Positions 27,194-37,120 of a stretch of DNA of 44,753 nucleotides are shown piece by piece. The position numbers were made by a program, and so were the translations under genes. Position 1 is the first letter of the stretch. Each line of letters opens with the position of its first letter. The notes beneath the pieces were generated by a model. It made no database searches. It had not been told where the DNA came from and was given only the letters and a program-made list of their open reading frames with translations. The DNA comes from Solobacterium sp. (GTDB lineage: Bacteria; Bacillota_I; Bacilli_A; Erysipelotrichales; Erysipelotrichaceae), in the NCBI GenBank assembly GCA_017419465.1, contig JAFOLE010000066.1, positions 1 through 44,753 on the forward strand, written 5' to 3'.

Positions 27194-27678
27194 AACGAAT
27201 CTTTTCCGTACTCGTGGAAAACCGTTCCGGTGTCCTGAGCAAGGTCTCCGGTCTGTTTGCACGCCGGTCCTTCAACATCGAGTCCCTTGCGGTCGGTGAA
27301 ACAAACGACCCGGATGTTTCCTGCATGACGATCGTTTCCTCGGGCTCCAAGCAGACGATGGAACAGATTGAAAAGCAGCTGAACAAGAAACTCGATGTCA
27401 TCAAGATCAAGAGTTTTGAAAATTGGCAGAGTGTGACAAGAGAACTGATTCTCATCAAGCTCCGCTACAACAAGTCCAACCGGGAGGAAATCCTGAGTAT
27501 CTGTACACTGGCAGGCGCAGAAGTCGTGGATGCCGGAAAGCGCACCATGATGATTCAGCTCTGTGATACGCCTGAGAAGGTGCAGATGCTGCTGGATCTT
27601 CTGGCGGGCATCAGTATCGTGGAAGTCGCACGTACCGGCACGCTTGCGCTGCAGCGGTGCGTGGATACCGAAAAGTGA
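27190..27678 (+). CDS. ilvN: Acetolactate synthase small regulatory subunit (copy 1)
   Basis: LVENRSGVLSKVSGLFARRSFNIESL ACT domain, EVARTG. Confidence 0.9.
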   Translation: MKRIFSVLVENRSGVLSKVSGLFARRSFNIESLAVGETNDPDVSCMTIVSSGSKQTMEQIEKQLNKKLDVIKIKSFENWQSVTRELILIKLRYNKSNREEILSICTLAGAEVVDAGKRTMMIQLCDTPEKVQMLLDLLAGISIVEVARTGTLALQRCVDTEK

Positions 27679-27684
27679 ATTTAA

Positions 27685-27716
27685 CAGAAAAGGCGCAGAG
27701 GTATTGCGCCTTTCTG
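27685..27716 (+). terminator. Hairpin / probable terminator after ilvN
   Basis: AGAAAAGGCGCA...TGCGCCTTTCT; weak U tail. Confidence 0.5.
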
Positions 27717-27762
27717 ACATTTCAGCGATTCTGAAATAAACACAGTGAAAGGAACAGACAAT

Positions 27763-29007
27763 ATGAGTGTATTTACCGGAAAAGAAAAACTGAAGCTCGG
27801 TTTTGGAATGATGCGCCTTCCAAGACTCGAGGATGACACCATTGACATTCCGCAGGTCTGCGAAATGGTTGACCTGTTCATGGAAGCCGGCGGAACGTAT
27901 TTTGACACTGCATTTGCCTATCCCGGCAGTGAGGAGGCCATAAGAAAAGCGCTCGTGGAACGTTATCCCAGAGACAGCTATACGCTTGCCTCCAAACTGT
28001 TTATTCAGCCCGGAAGTTCGATCACCGAGGAAGAGGCGAAAAAAGAGTTTGAAACCACGCTTGAGCGAACCAATGCCGGATATATCGATTACTACCTGGT
28101 GCATGCGATTCAGCGCACGAACTGGGAGAAGTATGAGGAATACGGCATCTGGGATTATGTGAAAGGTCTGAAGGAACAGGGACTGATCAGACATTACGGT
28201 TTCTCCTTCCATGCCGATCCCGACCTTCTGGTTCAGATTCTTGAAGCGCATCCGGACAGTGAATTCGTCCAGCTTCAGATCAACTACGCCGACTGGGACA
28301 ATCCCGGCGTCGCCGCAAAGCAGAACTTCGAGATCTGCAAGAAATACGGCAAGCCGGTTGTGGTCATGGAGCCGGTCAAGGGAGGCATTCTTGCCGATCC
28401 GATCGATACGGTAAAGGCTGTCTTTGACAAAGAGAATACCGGCATGTCCTATGCATCCTGGGCGCTGCGTTATGTTGCGGAAAAGGAAAACCTGCTTGCG
28501 GTGCTGAGCGGAATGAGTTCTGTTGAACAGATGAAGGATAACCTGTCTTTCATGAAAGACTTCAAACCGCTGTCCGAACATGAACATGAGGTGATCCGTC
28601 AGGCGCAGAAAGCCCTGGATGAAGACAAGTCCATTCCCTGCACGGCATGTCATTACTGCACGAAGGGCTGCCCGATGAATATTCCGATTCCGGAAATCTT
28701 CAATGTTGAAAACCGGAAGAAGGGAAGCCCGGAATTCCGGGTCCGCCGGGAATACCTTATTGTCACTATGGACAAAGGCAAAGCCTCCGACTGCATCCAG
28801 TGCGGCCAGTGCGAAAATGCATGCCCTCAGCATCTGCCGATCATCTCGCTCTTGAACAGATGCGTGTGCTGGAATAATCAGAATCCGAAGCATATGACCC
28901 TGCCCCTCCAGAAGGCGGCAGGATTTTTTGTGGGTAAGTCAGAGCCAAATCTGTATGTCACGCCGCTCAAAATGAAACAAAATTCAATTTGTTTCAATAA
29001 AATTTAA
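27763..29007 (+). CDS. Aldo/keto reductase with C-terminal 4Fe-4S dicluster; native end probably TAA 28875-28877, masked by a 1-nt frameshift
   Basis: LGFGMMRLP, YFDTA, GFSFH, MEPVKGG, CTACHYC...CP, CIQCGQCENACPQHL. Confidence 0.85.
   Translation: MSVFTGKEKLKLGFGMMRLPRLEDDTIDIPQVCEMVDLFMEAGGTYFDTAFAYPGSEEAIRKALVERYPRDSYTLASKLFIQPGSSITEEEAKKEFETTLERTNAGYIDYYLVHAIQRTNWEKYEEYGIWDYVKGLKEQGLIRHYGFSFHADPDLLVQILEAHPDSEFVQLQINYADWDNPGVAAKQNFEICKKYGKPVVVMEPVKGGILADPIDTVKAVFDKENTGMSYASWALRYVAEKENLLAVLSGMSSVEQMKDNLSFMKDFKPLSEHEHEVIRQAQKALDEDKSIPCTACHYCTKGCPMNIPIPEIFNVENRKKGSPEFRVRREYLIVTMDKGKASDCIQCGQCENACPQHLPIISLLNRCVCWNNQNPKHMTLPLQKAAGFFVGKSEPNLYVTPLKMKQNSICFNKI
28899..28929 (+). terminator. Rho-independent terminator inside the read-through tail of the AKR ORF
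   Basis: CCTGCC...GGCAGG followed by A and T6. Confidence 0.65.
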
Positions 29008-29009
29008 AA

Positions 29010-29065
29010 TATTTTCAGAAATCGCTTTCTTCTTTATTTACAAACGGATATGGTTTCGGTAAACT
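29010..29065 (+). promoter_or_regulatory. ilvA promoter with a weak CodY-like box
   Basis: TATTTTCAGAAATCG (29010-29024, 11/15 match); TTTACA-17 bp-TAAACT. Confidence 0.5.
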
Positions 29066-29078
29066 TTTTTCAGTGACC

Positions 29079-29346
29079 AAATGCGTACAACGGGGAGTGG
29101 CGATGAATGGTCCCGGACCAGAGAGCTGTCGGCTGGTGAAAGACAGTTCCGGAATTCTAAGCAGATCACCCCGCAGCAGATCCGCTGAAATTACCCAGTA
29201 AGCGGATACGGCAGACACCGTTATCAGAGTCCTCGGGTTGACTGACCCGGATGAGCGGCCGCAGATTTGCGGCAAGCAGAGTGGTACCGCGGAAGATTTC
29301 AGGCTTTCGTCTCTGACAGATGTACAGGGATGAAAGCCTTTGTTTT
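29079..29346 (+). ncRNA. T-box riboswitch, Ile specifier (AUC)
   Basis: AGAGAGC...GGTGAAAG, specifier ATC 29165-29167, T-box AAGCAGAGTGGTACCGCG, terminator AGGCTTTCGTCTCTG...CAGGGATGAAAGCCT-TTGTTTT. Confidence 0.92.
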
Positions 29347-29358
29347 ATGGAGAAGTGT

Positions 29359-30564
29359 ATGTTGACATTGGACAGAGTATATCAGGCAGCCTTCACACTG
29401 AAAGAGGTCGCACGAAACACCGACCTGATTCTGGCAGAGAAACTGTCTGAGGAAGGAAACCTCTATCTCAAAACTGAGAACCTGCAGCGGACGGGAAGCT
29501 TCAAGCTTCGCGGAGCCTACTTCAAAATGACACAGCTGAGTGACGAAGAGAAGGCAAAGGGAATTGTTGCCTGCTCTGCCGGAAACCATGCGCAGGGTGT
29601 AGCCCTCGCCGCAAACCGGATGGGAATCCGGGCTGTGGTATGCATGCCGGACAGCGCGCCGATCATGAAGATCGAGAGCACAAAAGCACTTGGCGCAGAG
29701 GTATGCCTCGTCAAGGGAACCTATGACGATGCGCATGACCGTGCCGTGGAACTGCAGAAGGAAACGGGAATGACATTCCTTCATCCGTATGATGACCCCG
29801 ATGTCATTGCCGGCCAGGGAACGATCGGACTCGAAATCCTCAACCAGCTTCCCGATGTCGAAGCGGTGATCGTGCCGATCGGAGGCGGCGGACTGATTGC
29901 CGGTGTCGCCTATGCGATCAAGAGCCTCAAGCCCCAGTGCAAAGTCTACGGTGTACAGTCGGAAGGCGCTCCGTCGATGTATGAATCCTTCAAGAATAAG
30001 AAGCGCACGAACCTCGACCATGCGGTGACGTTTGCGGACGGTATTGCCGTAAAGTGTCCGGGCGAGCTGACCTATGAAATCATCGAGAAGTATGTGGATG
30101 ATATCGTGACGGTCAGTGAAGATGAAACCGCAGCTGCGATTCTTGCACTGATTGAAAAGCAGAAGCTGATTGCGGAAGGTGCCGGCGCCGTTCCGGTTGC
30201 GGCGGCGCTGTTTGACAAGCTTCCGATCAAGGGAAAGAAAACCGTATGTCTGGTATCCGGCGGCAACATTGATGTCAATATTCTCTCCCGTGTCATTACA
30301 AGAGGTCTTGTGATGAGCGGCAGAAATACAACACTGATGATTGCGCTGACAGATAAGCCGGGCCAGCTCCAGGTTGTCAGTGAAATCGTCGCATCCTGCG
30401 GCGCCAATGTTGTGTCGGTTTACCATGACCGCAGTGATACCAACATGGCAATCAATGACTGTTATCTGCGGTTAGGTCTAGAAACCCGTGACCGCGAACA
30501 GATCAAAGAGATTATTGAGAAACTCAGAGATGCCGGATTTGACCGGGTCTCAGAATACAGTTAA
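29359..30564 (+). CDS. ilvA: Threonine ammonia-lyase with C-terminal ACT domain
   Basis: ENLQRTGSFKLRGA, SAGNHAQGVA, PIGGGGL, SGGNID; preceded by an Ile T-box. Confidence 0.93.
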   Translation: MLTLDRVYQAAFTLKEVARNTDLILAEKLSEEGNLYLKTENLQRTGSFKLRGAYFKMTQLSDEEKAKGIVACSAGNHAQGVALAANRMGIRAVVCMPDSAPIMKIESTKALGAEVCLVKGTYDDAHDRAVELQKETGMTFLHPYDDPDVIAGQGTIGLEILNQLPDVEAVIVPIGGGGLIAGVAYAIKSLKPQCKVYGVQSEGAPSMYESFKNKKRTNLDHAVTFADGIAVKCPGELTYEIIEKYVDDIVTVSEDETAAAILALIEKQKLIAEGAGAVPVAAALFDKLPIKGKKTVCLVSGGNIDVNILSRVITRGLVMSGRNTTLMIALTDKPGQLQVVSEIVASCGANVVSVYHDRSDTNMAINDCYLRLGLETRDREQIKEIIEKLRDAGFDRVSEYS

Positions 30565-30581
30565 CAGAAGGAGAACCACTT

Positions 30582-30965
30582 ATGGCAAAGGAAATCGCAA
30601 CCAAAAACGCACCGGCCGCAGTCGGCCCGTACTCCCAGGCGCTTGAAGTCGGATCACTCGTCTTCGCGAGCGGTCAGATTCCGCTGGATCCCGCAACCGG
30701 AACGATTGTCGGTGAAACCGCCGCAGAACAGGCAGAGCAGGTATTTACCAACATTGAGGCAGTGCTTAAGGAAGCAGGTCTTGGAATGAAGGATGTCGTA
30801 AAGAGCACCGTATTCCTGACCGATCTCAATGATTTCGCGGCAGTAAACGAAGTATATGCAAAGCATTTCGTGAAGCCGTATCCGGCACGTTCCTGTGTTG
30901 AGATCAGCGCACTTCCCAAAGGCGCAAAGGTCGAATGTGAAGTAATCGCTTCAAAAGGCGAATAA
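30582..30965 (+). CDS. ridA: RidA family enamine/imine deaminase
   Basis: APAAVGPYSQA, SGQIP, PARSCVE with the conserved Arg; follows ilvA. Confidence 0.92.
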   Translation: MAKEIATKNAPAAVGPYSQALEVGSLVFASGQIPLDPATGTIVGETAAEQAEQVFTNIEAVLKEAGLGMKDVVKSTVFLTDLNDFAAVNEVYAKHFVKPYPARSCVEISALPKGAKVECEVIASKGE

Positions 30966-30994
30966 AAAAATCCGGTGCCTCAGAGGACACCGGA
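30964..30994 (-). terminator. Terminator hairpin overlapping the stop of the minus-strand ATPase gene
   Basis: A run followed by TCCGGTG-CCTC-a-GAGG-a-CACCGGA. Confidence 0.6.
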
Positions 30995-32149
30995 CCGGAT
31001 CTGTTCAATAAACTGTTTCGCAACGCGCGGCGTTCTTCCGCCGGCGCGAAGCGCGAAGGCTTCTGCCTTGGAATCGAGATCTTCCGTTGCTTCAATTCCG
31101 TACTGTTCCGCAAGCTCATGCACGATGTACAGGAAGCGGGAACGGTCGGGTTTCTGGAAGGTGACGATCAGACCGAACCGGGCAGACAGGGACAGCAGTT
31201 CCTGGCGGGTATCACTTTCATGAAGATCATCCGCAAACCGTTCGGACACGGACTCTTTCACAAGATGACGCCGGTTCGATGTAGCGGCGATAATCGTATT
31301 GGAAGCCTGCTTACTGACGCTTCCCTCAAGAATTGCCTTCAATGAAGCGAAGTTGTCATCGTTGGAAGAGAAGCTCAGATCATCGATGAACACGATGAAC
31401 TTCAGGGGCAGTTCCGCAAGCTGTTCCAGCAGCGGCGGAATCCGGAACAACTGATTTTTCCGGACTTCCACAAGACGAAGTCCTTCCTCCCGGTATTCAT
31501 TTACGATCGCCTTGATCGTACTGGACTTGCCGGTTCCGGCATCGCCGTACAGCAGCATATTCACCGCAGGTTCCCCTGCAAGCAGGGCCTGAACATTGGC
31601 AAGCACCTTCTTCCGCTCCGCTTCATAGCCGGGCAGCTGGGAAAGGCGCTGCGGATCCGGATAGTGAACCGGAACAAGTCCGTCTTCGCCGACCGTGAAG
31701 ACATGATAGGATGCATAGATTCCATAACCGCGGCGGGCAACATTCTCAAGATGTGCTTCGTATTCTGCGGTGAAATCGATGGACTCGGTTGTCCAGGGCG
31801 TAAAGGAACCGGCATACGGAAACGCATCTGCGGAAACCGCGGAAGCATCCTGCAGGATCTGCAGTTCACGGTGAACCGATGCATCAACCGTCTTCCGGGA
31901 CTTGCCGACAGCCTTGAGACGAACAGCCGTATTCTCAAGTGCAGTAACGGTATTCAGAAGATAACGGCTCCAGCTGTCCCCATGTTCAAACAGGGCAGCT
32001 TCAAACAGCGCGCATTCGTCAGGAAATGATTTCTCTGAATCTGCGTATTCAAGCATGTTCAGGAAATGAGAGATGACAGTATCGTCAAGGAGTGCGCGGA
32101 AGACAACAAGCGTGTGCAGCTGATTCCGCAGTGAAGACAGTCTGTTCAT
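30980..32149 (-). CDS. DUF815-family AAA+ ATPase
   Basis: NMLLYGDAGTGKSS, FIVFIDDLSF, LKAILEG, ATSNRRHLVKE, LSARFG. Confidence 0.88.
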   Translation of the reverse strand: MNRLSSLRNQLHTLVVFRALLDDTVISHFLNMLEYADSEKSFPDECALFEAALFEHGDSWSRYLLNTVTALENTAVRLKAVGKSRKTVDASVHRELQILQDASAVSADAFPYAGSFTPWTTESIDFTAEYEAHLENVARRGYGIYASYHVFTVGEDGLVPVHYPDPQRLSQLPGYEAERKKVLANVQALLAGEPAVNMLLYGDAGTGKSSTIKAIVNEYREEGLRLVEVRKNQLFRIPPLLEQLAELPLKFIVFIDDLSFSSNDDNFASLKAILEGSVSKQASNTIIAATSNRRHLVKESVSERFADDLHESDTRQELLSLSARFGLIVTFQKPDRSRFLYIVHELAEQYGIEATEDLDSKAEAFALRAGGRTPRVAKQFIEQIRSGVL

Positions 32150-32220
32150 ACGAATCGTACCTCATCAATATTTCTGAATCAGTATATTCTAAAACAACTT
32201 GGAAACAAAGGAGGAAATCC

Positions 32221-33903
32221 ATGAAACTTACAGGCTCCCAGATTTTTGTGGAAGTGCTGCTGGAACAGGGTGTGGATACGCTGTTCGGTTATCCGGGCGG
32301 CGCGGTTCTGAATCTCTATGACGAACTGTACCGCAATCAGGACCGTATCAATCATTACATGACGGCTCATGAACAGGGCGCATGCCACGCGGCAGACGGA
32401 TATGCACGTGCAACCGGAAAAACCGGCGTTGTGCTTGCGACAAGCGGACCGGGTGCCACAAACCTTGTGACGGGCATCGCAACTGCATACATGGACAGTG
32501 TACCGCTTGTCGCATTTACCGGAAACGTCGGTACCGCAGGACTTGGAAAAGATTCCTTCCAGGAAGCATATATCGAAGGCATCACGATGCCGATCACCAA
32601 GCACAACTACACCGTGCGGCATGTCGAAGACCTCGCGGATATCATGCGGGACGCCTTCCGCATCGCACAGAGCGGACGGAAAGGTCCGGTGCTCGTGGAT
32701 ATTCCGAAAGACATCACCGCCGCAAGCTGTGAATTCACGCCGGCGGAACCGGTAAAGCCGGAGGTGAAGAAAGACTTCGATGAAGAGGCGCTGAAGGAAG
32801 CCGCAGAGCTTCTGAACAACGCAAAGCGTCCGGTCATCTACTTCGGCGGCGGAATTATTCTTTCCGGCGCAGCCGATGAAATGCGTCAGGTCATGGCAAA
32901 GGCCGATATCCCGGCAACCTGGACGCTGATGGCAAAGGGAACGCTGGAAGATGACGATCCTCTCAACCTCGGAATGATCGGCATGCATGGATGCTTCGCA
33001 TCGAACAAAGCAGTCGACAACGCAGACGTCCTGCTTGCGGTGGGAACCCGGTTCTCGGATCGGGTAGCGCTGAATCCGTCAAAGTTCGCCAAGAGCGCAA
33101 AGATCATCCAGTTTGATATCGATGCCAGTGAGATGGACAAGAATGTACAGGTTTCGCTCTCCGTTATCGGTGATGCGGCAGTGCTTCTGGATAAGCTCAA
33201 TGATCTTCTCAACGAGAACAGCCATGAAGCATGGCGTGAGGCGATTGAAGAATGGAAACGTGCAGACTATCGCCCGACGGACAGTGATACCGTACTGAAA
33301 CCGCATCGTATCCTGCAGACCGTTGCGAAAATGGCAGGAGACGACAGTATCTACGTAACGGATGTCGGTCAGCATCAGATGTGGGCAGCCCAGTATCTGA
33401 CCCATGTAAAACCGCGGCACTTCCTGACAAGCGGCGGACTCGGCACAATGGGTTACGGCTATGGCGCAGCCATCGGTGCCCAGATTGCAAAAGGAAGAGA
33501 ACAGCGGGTGGTTCATCTTACCGGTGACGGAAGCTTCCATATGAATCTCAACGAGGCAGTCACCGCCGTAAGCTACAACCTTCCGGTCATCACCGTGATC
33601 TTCAACAACGCGGTGCTCGGAATGGTCCGTCAGTGGCAGACCCTGCTGTATGGCAAACGCTACTCCAGCACCGATCCGCAGCGGAAAACCAACTACGTGA
33701 AGGTCGCGGAGGGATTCGGCGCAAAGGGATGGCATTGTGAAACCCCTGCGGAATTCGAAGCCGCATTTGCGGAAGCGCTGAAAAACGACGGACCGTCCTG
33801 GATCGAGTGTGTGATTGAAAAGGATGAAAAAGTACTTCCGATGATTCCTGCCGGAGCCACGATCGCAGACATCATCATGGCAGACGGAAAGGAGGCGGAG
33901 TGA
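32221..33903 (+). CDS. ilvB: Acetolactate synthase large subunit (copy 2)
   Basis: MKLTGSQI, FGYPGG, HEQGACHAADGYAR, GDGSFHMN...NN; SD AAGGAGG. Confidence 0.93.
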   Translation: MKLTGSQIFVEVLLEQGVDTLFGYPGGAVLNLYDELYRNQDRINHYMTAHEQGACHAADGYARATGKTGVVLATSGPGATNLVTGIATAYMDSVPLVAFTGNVGTAGLGKDSFQEAYIEGITMPITKHNYTVRHVEDLADIMRDAFRIAQSGRKGPVLVDIPKDITAASCEFTPAEPVKPEVKKDFDEEALKEAAELLNNAKRPVIYFGGGIILSGAADEMRQVMAKADIPATWTLMAKGTLEDDDPLNLGMIGMHGCFASNKAVDNADVLLAVGTRFSDRVALNPSKFAKSAKIIQFDIDASEMDKNVQVSLSVIGDAAVLLDKLNDLLNENSHEAWREAIEEWKRADYRPTDSDTVLKPHRILQTVAKMAGDDSIYVTDVGQHQMWAAQYLTHVKPRHFLTSGGLGTMGYGYGAAIGAQIAKGREQRVVHLTGDGSFHMNLNEAVTAVSYNLPVITVIFNNAVLGMVRQWQTLLYGKRYSSTDPQRKTNYVKVAEGFGAKGWHCETPAEFEAAFAEALKNDGPSWIECVIEKDEKVLPMIPAGATIADIIMADGKEAE

Positions 33904-33904
33904 T

Positions 33905-34393
33905 ATGGCGGAAAAGAAATATACCCGTTCGGTCATCAGTATTCTGGTTGAAAACCACTACGGTGTCCTTGCAAGAATTGCGAGCATGTTCAACCGCCGG
34001 AGCTTCAACATTGACTCCATCGCGGCGAGCGAAACGATTGATCCGGGCATTACACGTATTACAATTACAGTGCATGCGGATCAGAATACACTGAAACAGA
34101 TGTTACTGCAGACAGAACGTCTGGAGGAGGTAAAGAAGGTATTCCTGCTGGATACCAACAGCCTTCAGCGGGAACTGCTTCTGATCAAGGTGAAGAGTGA
34201 TCCGCAGACATTGCCGGCAATCCGTGATATTGCTGGGGTATACAACGCAAAGATCATCGATCTCTCACCGGAGAGTCTGGTCATGGAACTGACCGGAAAG
34301 CCGGAAAAGATTGATGGATTCCTGAAAATGTTTGATAACTATAACGTACTGGAAATGTGCCGTACAGGTATTACGGCGCTGAATCGCGAATAA
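33905..34393 (+). CDS. ilvN: Acetolactate synthase small subunit (copy 2)
   Basis: LVENHYGVLARIASMFNRRSFNIDSI, RELLLIKV, EMCRTG. Confidence 0.9.
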   Translation: MAEKKYTRSVISILVENHYGVLARIASMFNRRSFNIDSIAASETIDPGITRITITVHADQNTLKQMLLQTERLEEVKKVFLLDTNSLQRELLLIKVKSDPQTLPAIRDIAGVYNAKIIDLSPESLVMELTGKPEKIDGFLKMFDNYNVLEMCRTGITALNRE

Positions 34394-34414
34394 AGGAAAG
34401 AAGGAGAAAAAATC

Positions 34415-35428
34415 ATGGCGATCAAAAAGTATTATGACTCAGACTGCAACCTCGGTGTTCTTGACGGAAAGACAGTAGCTGTTATCGGCTTCGGTTCTCA
34501 GGGACATGCACATTCGGAAAATCTCGCAGAGAGCGGCGTAAACGTCGTTGTCGGACTTCGTGAAGGAAGCGGCCACTGGGAAAAGGCTGCCAAGTTCGCA
34601 GAAACACATCCTAACTTCAAGGTCATGGATATCGAAAGCGCTGCGGAAGCAGGCGATATCGTCATGATGCTCGTACCGGATGAGCGCTCCGCTGATATCT
34701 ACAACAAGTTCGTCGCACCTCATATGAAGGAAGGCGATACGCTTGCATTCGCACACGGCTTCAACATTCACTTCCAGTTCATCCGTCCGGCAAAGAATCT
34801 GAACGTTATCATGATCGCGCCGAAGGGCCCGGGACATGTCGTACGTCAGACATATACCGAAGGACAGGGCGTTCCTTCCCTGATCTGCGTTGAACAGGAC
34901 TACACCGGCAACGCAAAGGAAATCGCACTTGCTTATGCATGCGGTATCGGCGCAGGCCGTGCAGGTATCCTTGAAACCACATTCCGTGAAGAGACAGAAA
35001 CTGACCTCTTCGGTGAGCAGGCTGTTCTCTGCGGCGGTGTATGCGAACTCATTCATGCAGGTTTCGATACACTCGTAGAAGCAGGCTATGCGCCGGAAAT
35101 GGCATACTTTGAGACCTGCCACGAGATGAAGCTCATCATCGACCTCATCAACAAGGGCGGCTTCGGACTGATGCGTTATTCAATCTCCAACACCGCTGAA
35201 TACGGCGACTATGTCACCGGCAAGCGTCTGATCACCGAGGATACAAGAAAAGAAATGAAGAAGATCCTCGAAGAGATCCAGAACGGCACATTCGCAAGCG
35301 AATTCATGCAGGAAATGTCCAGCGGACGTCAGGCGAAGTTCCTCGCAATGCGCAAGCGTGAGTCCGAGCACGAGATTGAAAAGGTCGGTGCTGAACTCCG
35401 CAGTATGATGAGCTGGCTCAAGAAGTAA
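34415..35428 (+). CDS. ilvC: Ketol-acid reductoisomerase
   Basis: [40 protein letters not shown]. Confidence 0.97.
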   Translation: MAIKKYYDSDCNLGVLDGKTVAVIGFGSQGHAHSENLAESGVNVVVGLREGSGHWEKAAKFAETHPNFKVMDIESAAEAGDIVMMLVPDERSADIYNKFVAPHMKEGDTLAFAHGFNIHFQFIRPAKNLNVIMIAPKGPGHVVRQTYTEGQGVPSLICVEQDYTGNAKEIALAYACGIGAGRAGILETTFREETETDLFGEQAVLCGGVCELIHAGFDTLVEAGYAPEMAYFETCHEMKLIIDLINKGGFGLMRYSISNTAEYGDYVTGKRLITEDTRKEMKKILEEIQNGTFASEFMQEMSSGRQAKFLAMRKRESEHEIEKVGAELRSMMSWLKK

Positions 35429-35446
35429 TCAAGAAGGAGACTGAGT

Positions 35447-37105
35447 ATGCGCAGTGATAATGTCACCAGGGGACCGGAACGCGCTCCGAACCGGAGTCTG
35501 TTCTACGCCCTCGGCTATACAAAGGAAGATCTGGAAAAACCGCTGATCGCCGTCGTTTCGGCGCACAGCGACATCGTTCCGGGTCATATGAATCTCGACA
35601 AGCTTACCGATGCGATCAAGATGGGTATCGAAGCTGCCGGCGGAACACCGTCCATGGTTCCGGCAATCGGTGTCTGCGACGGTATCGCAATGGGCCATAT
35701 CGGAATGAAGTACAGTCTTGCCAGCCGTGAGCTGATCGCGGACAGCACGGAAACCATGATCATGGCGCATCAGTTTGACGGTGCGGTCCTGGTTCCCAAC
35801 TGCGACAAGATCGTTCCGGGAATGGTCATGGCGGCAGTCCGGATGAATATACCGGCAGTCGTCTGTTCCGGCGGACCGATGCTGGCAGGCCGGTATGACG
35901 GAGAAGAAGTTTCCCTCTCCAAGATGTTTGAAGCGGTCGGTGCCTACAAAGCAGGCATGATCGATGATGCGAAGCTGGAAGAGTGCACGGAAAACTGCTG
36001 CCCGGGCTGCGGCTCCTGCAGCGGCATGTACACCGCAAACAGTATGAACTGCCTCTGTGAGGCAATCGGCATTGCGCTTCCGGGCAACGGAACCGTTCCG
36101 GCAGTTTACGCAAAGCGTCTGCAGCTCGGACGGATGTCCGGCGCAGCCATCATGGAAATGGTGAAGAAGGGCATTACCGCGCGTGACATTATCAATGAGC
36201 GCAGTATCCGCAATGCACTGACCTGCGACATGGCACTTGGATGCAGCACAAATACCGTTCTCCATCTGCTTGCCATCGCCAATGAAGCAGGCGTGGATCT
36301 TGACCTGAACCTCTTCAATGAGGTCAGCGCAAAGACGCCGAACCTCTGCCACCTGGCTCCTGCCGGACCGACACATATGCCGGATCTCTATGCGGCAGGC
36401 GGCATTGCGGCAGTACAGGCAGAACTCGCAAAGAAAGATCTGCTTGATCTTGACTGTCTGACCGTAACCGGAAAGACCGTCGGAGAGAATATCAAGGGTG
36501 CGAAGAACCTGAATGAAAAGGCAATTCGTCCGATTGAAAATCCGTACAGCGAAACCGGCGGACTCCAGATTCTCTTCGGAAATCTCGCACCGGACGGATG
36601 CGTTGTAAAGCGCAGCGCGGTCGCGAAGGAAATGCTCACACATACCGGACCGGCAAGAGTCTTCAACAGTGAAGATGATGCGATCAAGGCAATCTACGAA
36701 GGTCAGATCAAACCCGGTGACGTTGTGGTCATCCGGTATGAAGGACCGATGGGCGGACCCGGCATGCGTGAGATGCTGAATCCGACCTCTGCACTTGCAG
36801 GCATGAAGCTTGATACAACGGTGGCGCTCGTCACAGACGGACGTTTCTCCGGCGCAAGCCGCGGTGCCGCAATCGGACATGTATGTCCGGAGGCATTCGC
36901 AGACGGACCGATTGGCCTGGTTCAGGAAGGCGATCTGATCGAGATCGATATTCCGAACGCTTCCATCAACATGAAGGTTTCGGAAGAAGAACTCGCAGCA
37001 CGCAAAGCGGCTTATGTGAAGCCGGAACCGAATATCAAGACCGGTTGGCTCGGCCGTTATGCAAAACTCGTTGACGGCGCAAATCACGGCGCGGTTATGA
37101 AATAA
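35447..37105 (+). CDS. ilvD: Dihydroxy-acid dehydratase
   Basis: [42 protein letters not shown]. Confidence 0.97.
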   Translation: MRSDNVTRGPERAPNRSLFYALGYTKEDLEKPLIAVVSAHSDIVPGHMNLDKLTDAIKMGIEAAGGTPSMVPAIGVCDGIAMGHIGMKYSLASRELIADSTETMIMAHQFDGAVLVPNCDKIVPGMVMAAVRMNIPAVVCSGGPMLAGRYDGEEVSLSKMFEAVGAYKAGMIDDAKLEECTENCCPGCGSCSGMYTANSMNCLCEAIGIALPGNGTVPAVYAKRLQLGRMSGAAIMEMVKKGITARDIINERSIRNALTCDMALGCSTNTVLHLLAIANEAGVDLDLNLFNEVSAKTPNLCHLAPAGPTHMPDLYAAGGIAAVQAELAKKDLLDLDCLTVTGKTVGENIKGAKNLNEKAIRPIENPYSETGGLQILFGNLAPDGCVVKRSAVAKEMLTHTGPARVFNSEDDAIKAIYEGQIKPGDVVVIRYEGPMGGPGMREMLNPTSALAGMKLDTTVALVTDGRFSGASRGAAIGHVCPEAFADGPIGLVQEGDLIEIDIPNASINMKVSEEELAARKAAYVKPEPNIKTGWLGRYAKLVDGANHGAVMK

Positions 37106-37120
37106 GGGGGATTTGTGAAT

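Noticed and set aside
28908-28915. Third CCAGAAGG, in the terminator after the AKR gene
   Set aside because: It lacks the GTAT arm, the upstream UGAA hairpin and a 5'-leader position; probably chance.
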